This document shows, one piece after another, positions 58,886 through 64,000 of a stretch of 64,000 bases of DNA. This DNA comes from Alphaproteobacteria bacterium (GTDB taxonomy: Bacteria; Pseudomonadota; Alphaproteobacteria; DSM-16000; Inquilinaceae): the NCBI GenBank assembly GCA_028281265.1, contig JANQKE010000089.1, positions 2,249-66,248 on the forward strand, given 5' to 3'. Position 1 is the stretch's first letter. Each line of letters begins with the position of its first letter. A program made the translations under genes and the position numbers. The notes under the pieces are model-generated. The model was not told where the DNA came from and did no database searches. It was given only the letters and a program-made list of their open reading frames with translations.

Positions 58886-59407
58886 TCAGGCATCCGGGAT
58901 CAGCGCTTCGAGCCGGAATCGGGCGATGCGGGCGACCTGGTGGAGGGCGGTGGCCTTCTCGGTCTCCGGGTCGTTCGGCAGCCGGGCCTCGAACGCGGCC
59001 AGGATGTCGTGCTTGGTCAGGCCCTTGACCGCGACGATGAAGGGAAAGCCGAACCTCGCCATATAGGCGGTGTTGAGGGTGCCGAACCGCTCGAACTCCG
59101 CATCGCTCAGCCGATCGAGGCCCGCGCCGGCTTGCTCGGCGGTGGAGGGTTCGGTGAGCGCGCCCGCCCGGGCCGCCTTGCCGGCCAGATCCGGATGCGC
59201 CCGGATCAGGTCCAGTTGCCGGCCGGGCGGGGCGGCCGTGACGGCGGCGACCATGGCCCTGTGCAGCGCATCGACGGAACCGAATGGCCGGTGATCCGCC
59301 ACGGCGGCAGCGACCCATGGGGAATGCTCGAAGATCCCGCCGAGCGCCTGCACGAACGCCGCGGCGGGCACGGCGTTGAGATCGGCGAGCGTCATGGGTC
59401 CGGCCAT
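58886..59407 (-). CDS. uraD: 2-oxo-4-hydroxy-4-carboxy-5-ureidoimidazoline (OHCU) decarboxylase
   Basis: LGGIFEHSPWVA..., LIRAHPDLAGK, YMARFGFPFIVAVKG. Confidence 0.9.
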   Translation of the reverse strand: MAGPMTLADLNAVPAAAFVQALGGIFEHSPWVAAAVADHRPFGSVDALHRAMVAAVTAAPPGRQLDLIRAHPDLAGKAARAGALTEPSTAEQAGAGLDRLSDAEFERFGTLNTAYMARFGFPFIVAVKGLTKHDILAAFEARLPNDPETEKATALHQVARIARFRLEALIPDA

Positions 59408-59754
59408 GGCGGCATGTCCTGACTGAGGCGGCGGGGACGGCAGGCGGCGCCGCGCACTCGACCAGAGGTGAAGGCTCTCGGCAAGAGGCCCCCGCCCCGC
59501 GGGCTGGATCGACCCGGTGGCGCTTGCTACGACGTTTGAGCGACCGGCCCTGCCCGATCAAGCGGCACCTGCCTAAGGGATCGGCAGATCTGGGCCGCGC
59601 TCAGAGGGTACGGGGCCGGCCCCCGCGTCCCGCCGGACGTGGTACGAGGCTTGCTGTCATTGCCCGCATCGGAGCGGGCATTGCCGCTGCACCGGTCGCG
59701 GCGCCGACGGAATGGCAACGCCGCGACCGGTGCCCCGCGCAACAAGGAGATCAG

Positions 59755-60795
59755 ATGAACATGTTGGCCGAGACTATCCGCCGGACGGCACTGGCGGCGA
59801 CGAGCGTCGTGGCGATGACCGTCGCGACCGCCGGTACCGCCGGCGCGACCGATGTCCGCTTCAGCCTCGACTGGGCGTTCCAGGGCCCGCAGGCCCCGTA
59901 TCTCTTGGCGATGGAGCGCGGCTATTTTGCCGAAGAGGGTCTGAACGTCACCATGGACCGGGGCTATGGCTCCGGTGACGTACCGGTGAAGATCGCCGCC
60001 GGCGCCTACGATATCGGCATTGCGGACATCAACCCGACGATCAAGTTCAACGCCGAGAACCCGGACAGCGACCTCATCGCCGTGGCGGTGATCGTCGAAG
60101 CCTCTCCGCTGGCGGCGATGACGCTGGCGGGCACCGGCATCACCGAGCCGTCGGACCTGGAAGGCCGTATCCTGGCCGCGCCGGAATTCGATGCCGGCCG
60201 GCAGCTCTTCCCCGCTTTCGTCCAGGCCACCGGGATCGACGACAGCGGCATCGAGTGGATGTCGGTCACCCCGCAATTGCGGGAGACCATGCTGATCACC
60301 GGCGACGCCGACGCGATCACCGGCTTCCTGACCTCGGGCATACAGTCGCTCAAGGCCGGGGGCGTGGCCGAAGAAGACATCATCCTGTTCCGCTACCGGG
60401 ACTACGGTGTCGACCTCTATTCCACCTCGGTGATCACCACCCGGACCTGGGCCGAAGAGAACCCCGAGGCGGTGACCGGCATCATCCGCGCCGCCGTGCG
60501 CGGGCATATCGATGCGATGAGGGATCCGGACGCGGCCATCGAAGCCCTGGTCAATCGGGATCCGCTCGCCGATCCGGTGATCGAGCGGGAGCGGATGCTG
60601 CTGTCCTTCGACGAGCTCACCTTCACCGACAATGTGATGGCCAACGGCTTCAGCGCCGTCGACGAAGGCCGCATGCAGTCCGCCATCGACATGGTGCGGC
60701 TGGCCTACGGCATCGAGCGTGAGATGGGGGTGTCGGATGTTTATGTCGACACTTATCTTCCGCCGGCCGAAGATCTGAGGGTGCCGGCCAACTAA
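59755..60795 (+). CDS. ABC transporter substrate-binding protein (NMT1/THI5-like, NitT/TauT family)
   Basis: In-frame ATG at 59755 preceded by AAGGAGA. Signal peptide, then VRFSLDWAFQGPQAPYLLAMERGYFAEEGLNV. Confidence 0.85.
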   Translation: MNMLAETIRRTALAATSVVAMTVATAGTAGATDVRFSLDWAFQGPQAPYLLAMERGYFAEEGLNVTMDRGYGSGDVPVKIAAGAYDIGIADINPTIKFNAENPDSDLIAVAVIVEASPLAAMTLAGTGITEPSDLEGRILAAPEFDAGRQLFPAFVQATGIDDSGIEWMSVTPQLRETMLITGDADAITGFLTSGIQSLKAGGVAEEDIILFRYRDYGVDLYSTSVITTRTWAEENPEAVTGIIRAAVRGHIDAMRDPDAAIEALVNRDPLADPVIERERMLLSFDELTFTDNVMANGFSAVDEGRMQSAIDMVRLAYGIEREMGVSDVYVDTYLPPAEDLRVPAN

Positions 60796-60941
60796 GCGGG
60801 TCTCCAATCGGATTTTGGGGGATCGCGGCCTGCGGTTCCCCGGCGAACGGGATCGGCGGGGTGTGTGCCGCCGGTCCCGTCTTGCGCCGGGCGGCCGGCT
60901 TCGGAGCGGTGCCGGGTTGGCGGTGATAGGGTAGGGGGCGG

Positions 60942-61739
60942 ATGACGGCGTTTGTGGATCTCGATCGGGTCAGCCTGCGCTATGGCGGGCCGGACGGGAC
61001 CCTGGCGGTGGAAGGTCTGAACCTGAAGCTCCGGGAGGGCGAGTTCGCCGCCGTGGTCGGTCCGTCGGGCTGCGGCAAATCCTCGTTGATGAAGCTGGTC
61101 ACCGGCCTGTACCCGGCCAGCGACGGCACGGTGATCGTCGCCGGATCGGAGGTGGCGGGGCCGCTCAAGATCGTCGGCATGGCGTTCCAGAACCCCACCT
61201 TGCTGCCGTGGCGGACGACCTTGCGCAACGTGATGCTGCCGCTGGAGATCGTGCAGCCGCACCGTGGCCGCCTGCGCCGCAATTTCGCGGCGTATGAGCG
61301 GCAGGCCAAGGACCTGCTGGCGACCGTCGGTCTCGAAGGGTTCGAGCGCAAGCACCCCTGGCAGCTCTCCGGCGGGATGCAGCAGCGGACCAGCCTGTGC
61401 CGGTCGCTGATCCACCAGCCGGCGCTGCTGATGCTGGACGAGCCGTTCGCCGCCCTGGACGCCTTCACCCGTGAGGAGCTGTGGGGTGTCCTGCAGGATC
61501 TGTGGCTGCAGAAGCGCTTCACCGTCATCCTGGTGACCCACGACCTGCGGGAGGCGGTGTATCTGGCCGACACGGTACATGTGATGTCCAACCGGCCCGG
61601 CCGGATCATCGCGTCCTACGGCATCGACCTGCCGCGCCCGCGCACGCTTGCGACGACCTTCGAGCCGCACTTCGTCGACATCGTCCACAAGCTGCGCGAC
61701 CATATCAGCCAGGTCCGCCAGGACGTCGTGGCGGCCTGA
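60942..61739 (+). CDS. ABC transporter ATP-binding protein (NitT/TauT family)
   Basis: GPSGCGKSS Walker A, LSGGMQQR signature, LLMLDEPF Walker B. 265 aa. Confidence 0.9.
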   Translation: MTAFVDLDRVSLRYGGPDGTLAVEGLNLKLREGEFAAVVGPSGCGKSSLMKLVTGLYPASDGTVIVAGSEVAGPLKIVGMAFQNPTLLPWRTTLRNVMLPLEIVQPHRGRLRRNFAAYERQAKDLLATVGLEGFERKHPWQLSGGMQQRTSLCRSLIHQPALLMLDEPFAALDAFTREELWGVLQDLWLQKRFTVILVTHDLREAVYLADTVHVMSNRPGRIIASYGIDLPRPRTLATTFEPHFVDIVHKLRDHISQVRQDVVAA

Positions 61740-61789
61740 TCGATGTCGGGCCGCCGCATGCCCCGTTCCGACGTGAGAGTCGCCACCGA

Positions 61790-62569
61790 ATGATGACCCG
61801 CCGCCAACTCGAAGTGGCCATGCCGTGGCTGGTGACGATCGGGATCATCGTCGTTTGGGAGCTGGTGGTGATCGGCTTCGGCATCCGGGAATTCGTGCTG
61901 CCGGCGCCGACGGCCGTGTTCGACGCCTTCATGCAGTTCCGCGGGCCGATCCTCGATCATGCGCTGCACACCCTGTACACCACGGTGATCGGCTTCGCCT
62001 TCGCCGTGGTCGGCGGGGTGATCCTGGGTGTGGCCGTCGGCTCCTCCACCCTGGTCTATACCGGGATCTACCCGGTCTTGATCGGCTTCAACTCGATCCC
62101 CAAGGTGGCGGTGGTGCCGGTCCTTGTGGTGTGGTTCGGGATCGGTGCGGTGCCGGCGATCATCACCGCGTTTCTGATCAGCTTCTTCCCGATCGCGGTC
62201 AACGTGGCGACCGGCCTTGCCACGCTGGAGCCGGAGCTCGAGGACGTGCTCCGCTCCCTCGGTGCGAAGAAGCTCGATATCCTGATCAAGGTCGGCTTCC
62301 CGCGCTCCCTGCCGTATTTCTTCGCCTCGCTGAAGGTCGCGATCACGCTCGCCTTCGTCGGGTCCGTCATCTCCGAGACCATCGCGTCGAACGAGGGCAT
62401 CGGCTATCTGATGCTGCAGGCCTCCTCCCGCTTCCAGATCCCTTTGGTGTTCGCCGGGCTGGTGGTGATCGCGATCATGGGGATCGTGATGTATGCCATC
62501 TTCGCGGCGATCGAGCGGCGGTTCACCGGCTGGGCGACCCGCAAGATCGACTACGCCACCGGCGGCTAG
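61790..62569 (+). CDS. ABC transporter permease (NitT/TauT family)
   Basis: In-frame ATG at 61790 (MMTRRQLEVAMPWLVTIGIIVVWELV...). The EAA-loop region is LRSLGAKKLDILIKVGFPRSLPYFF. Confidence 0.9.
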   Translation: MMTRRQLEVAMPWLVTIGIIVVWELVVIGFGIREFVLPAPTAVFDAFMQFRGPILDHALHTLYTTVIGFAFAVVGGVILGVAVGSSTLVYTGIYPVLIGFNSIPKVAVVPVLVVWFGIGAVPAIITAFLISFFPIAVNVATGLATLEPELEDVLRSLGAKKLDILIKVGFPRSLPYFFASLKVAITLAFVGSVISETIASNEGIGYLMLQASSRFQIPLVFAGLVVIAIMGIVMYAIFAAIERRFTGWATRKIDYATGG

Positions 62570-62649
62570 GGTGGGATGGCGCCATGCGCGATCGCCCTCG
62601 CGACCGCGCATGACGCCCGAATCCCGCTCTGCCTCTCATCTTGCTCTAG
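62566..62649 (+). repeat. palindromic REP-like element family C, copy 2 (flanked by CTAG on both sides)
   Basis: CTAGGGTGGGATGGCGCCATGCGCGATCGCCCTCGCGACCGCGCATGACGCCCGAATCCCGCTCTGCCTCTCATCTTGCTCTAG aligns colinearly with copy 1. The first CTAG contains the TAG stop of the permease gene. Confidence 0.7.
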
Positions 62650-62806
62650 GCGGGCTGGGCGAGGCCTGGAAAAGCATTTATGGTCAAGGGGTTGCCGCTC
62701 AAGCCCGAGGCGGTTTGACCCTTGGCGACCGTCGAAGGCTTCGACTAAGCTATGGTGATCGACAGTGCAGGCGGCCCATGATCCGGTCGGTGCCGCAGGA
62801 CAAGGG

Positions 62807-64000
62807 ATGATGGCGAACACGATCCGTTTCGTGCTGGGGGGGGAGATCCGCGAGGTCCCGGTCACCGATCCGACCCAGACGGTGCTGCAATGGCTGCGCG
62901 CCAACCGCCGCCCCGGGACCAAGGAAGGCTGTGCCGAAGGCGATTGCGGCGCCTGTACGGTGGTGCTGGGTACGCGGGATCCGGCGGCCGAGGGCGGCAT
63001 CCGCTACCGCGCCGTCAATGCGTGCATCGTCTTTGTGCCGCAGCTCGACGGCCGGCAGCTGATCACCGTCGAGGACCTCAAGCTGCCCGGCGGGGCGCTG
63101 CATCCGGTCCAGCGCGCCCTGGTCGACTGCCATGGCAGCCAGTGCGGGTTCTGCACGCCCGGCTTCGTGATGTCGCTGTTCGCCGAGTTCCACGAAGGCC
63201 CGCAGGACCCGGGTCGGGAGCGGCTGCTCGACGTCCTGGCCGGCAATCTGTGCCGCTGCACCGGCTATCGGCCGATCGTCGAGGCCGGGATGACCATGCG
63301 CCGGTACGGCATCGGCGATGCCTTCGATGCGGCGCGGGCGCAGGCGGCGGCTCTGCTCGACGGCATCCGGCGGACCGAGGATCTGACCGTCACCGGGGCC
63401 GGCCGGACGTTCCACGCGCCGCGCCGCCTGGACCGGCTGGCGCGCCTGTTCGCTGTCCATCCCGACGCCACGATCCTGGCCGGCGGCACCGATGTCGGCC
63501 TGTGGGTGACCAAGCAGCATCGGGACCTCAAGACCGTCATCTCGGTGAGCGAGGTGGCGGGCTTCGCCGCCGTGGTCGAGCGCGACGGTGCGTTGCAGAT
63601 CGGCGGCGGGGCCACCTATTCCGATCTTCTGCCGGTGGTCGACCGGCATTTCCCGGATTTCGCCGCCCTGCTGCGCCGCTTGGGCTCGGTGCAGATCCGC
63701 AACTCCGGCACCATGGGCGGCAACGTCGCCAATGGCAGCCCGATCGGCGACAGCATGCCGGCGCTGATCGCCTTGGGGACGACCGTCGTCCTCAACCATG
63801 GCGGCACAAGGCGGGAGATGCCGCTCGAAGACCTCTATCTCGACTACAAGGAACAGGCCCGCGTGCCGGGGGAGCTGGTCGAGGCCCTCACCATCCCGCT
63901 CGATGTGCCGGGCCGGCAGTTCGCGACCTACAAGGTCTCCAAGCGGCTGGACCAGGACATCTCCGCGGTGTGTGCGGCTTACGCGATCACCCTGAACCCG
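62807..64000 (+). CDS. xdhA: xanthine dehydrogenase small subunit (2Fe-2S + FAD-binding), 5' part; runs off the window end
   Basis: Manual translation from ATG 62807: MMANTIRFVLGGEIREV...EGCAEGDCGACTVV...CHGSQCGFCTPGFVMS...ILAGGTDVGLWVTK. The frame stays open to position 64000. It is not in the ORF track because there is no stop. Confidence 0.9.
   Translation, partial: MMANTIRFVLGGEIREVPVTDPTQTVLQWLRANRRPGTKEGCAEGDCGACTVVLGTRDPAAEGGIRYRAVNACIVFVPQLDGRQLITVEDLKLPGGALHPVQRALVDCHGSQCGFCTPGFVMSLFAEFHEGPQDPGRERLLDVLAGNLCRCTGYRPIVEAGMTMRRYGIGDAFDAARAQAAALLDGIRRTEDLTVTGAGRTFHAPRRLDRLARLFAVHPDATILAGGTDVGLWVTKQHRDLKTVISVSEVAGFAAVVERDGALQIGGGATYSDLLPVVDRHFPDFAALLRRLGSVQIRNSGTMGGNVANGSPIGDSMPALIALGTTVVLNHGGTRREMPLEDLYLDYKEQARVPGELVEALTIPLDVPGRQFATYKVSKRLDQDISAVCAAYAITLNP

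Noticed and set aside
59408-59754. TPP (THI-box) or purine riboswitch upstream of the NMT1/THI5-like binding protein
   Set aside because: I could not find the conserved THI-box core (CUGAGA ... ACCUGAUCUGGAUAAUGCCAGCG-like) or the purine-riboswitch junction sequences. Only generic GC-rich hairpins are present.

Overview
This is a high-GC chromosomal window with alphaproteobacterial hallmarks: CcrM-type methyltransferase next to rnhB, ubiG/lysC/ptsP synteny and rodZ-ispG. I can support about 48 protein-coding genes. I saw no rRNA, tRNA, CRISPR array, transposase, integrase or recognisable defence or toxin system.

Housekeeping genes are ubiG, lysC, ptsP, rodZ-like, ispG, clpB, ccrM, rnhB, lptD, a DEAD-box helicase and parE. 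They are interleaved with transport and catabolic modules:
- a DHA2-type MFS exporter;
- an ~18 kb GntR-associated cluster at 14.5-32.4 kb (MmgE/PrpD, methyltransferase, TctCBA, aconitase-family, PEP-mutase/isocitrate-lyase-family, class III aminotransferase, HyuA/HyuB, SDR, GlcG);
- a Gsi-like peptide ABC system with gamma-glutamyltransferase and an FGase-family amidohydrolase;
- an SLC13/TrkA-C transporter;
- a TRAP transporter;
- purine-catabolism genes (uraH, uraD, xdhA) around a NitT/TauT-type ABC transporter.

The most unusual content is non-coding. Three families of small, highly structured MITE/REP-like repeats occur here: a 271-272 bp element (2 copies plus a solo end), a ~105 bp double-hairpin element (3 copies) and a ~70-80 bp palindromic element (2 copies). 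All begin at CTAG/TTAG. Five insertions use or abut the TAG stop codon of a gene, and compensatory base changes between copies preserve stems.

The catabolic cluster carries a shared 16-bp palindromic box, AAAGTGT-YR-ACAMTYT, in all three of its internal intergenic regions. It also has a tandemly duplicated promoter-plus-box module upstream of tctC.

Many long ORFs in the supplied track are antisense or out-of-frame artefacts of the high GC content and were rejected. All functional calls come from reading the translations; no database search was run.
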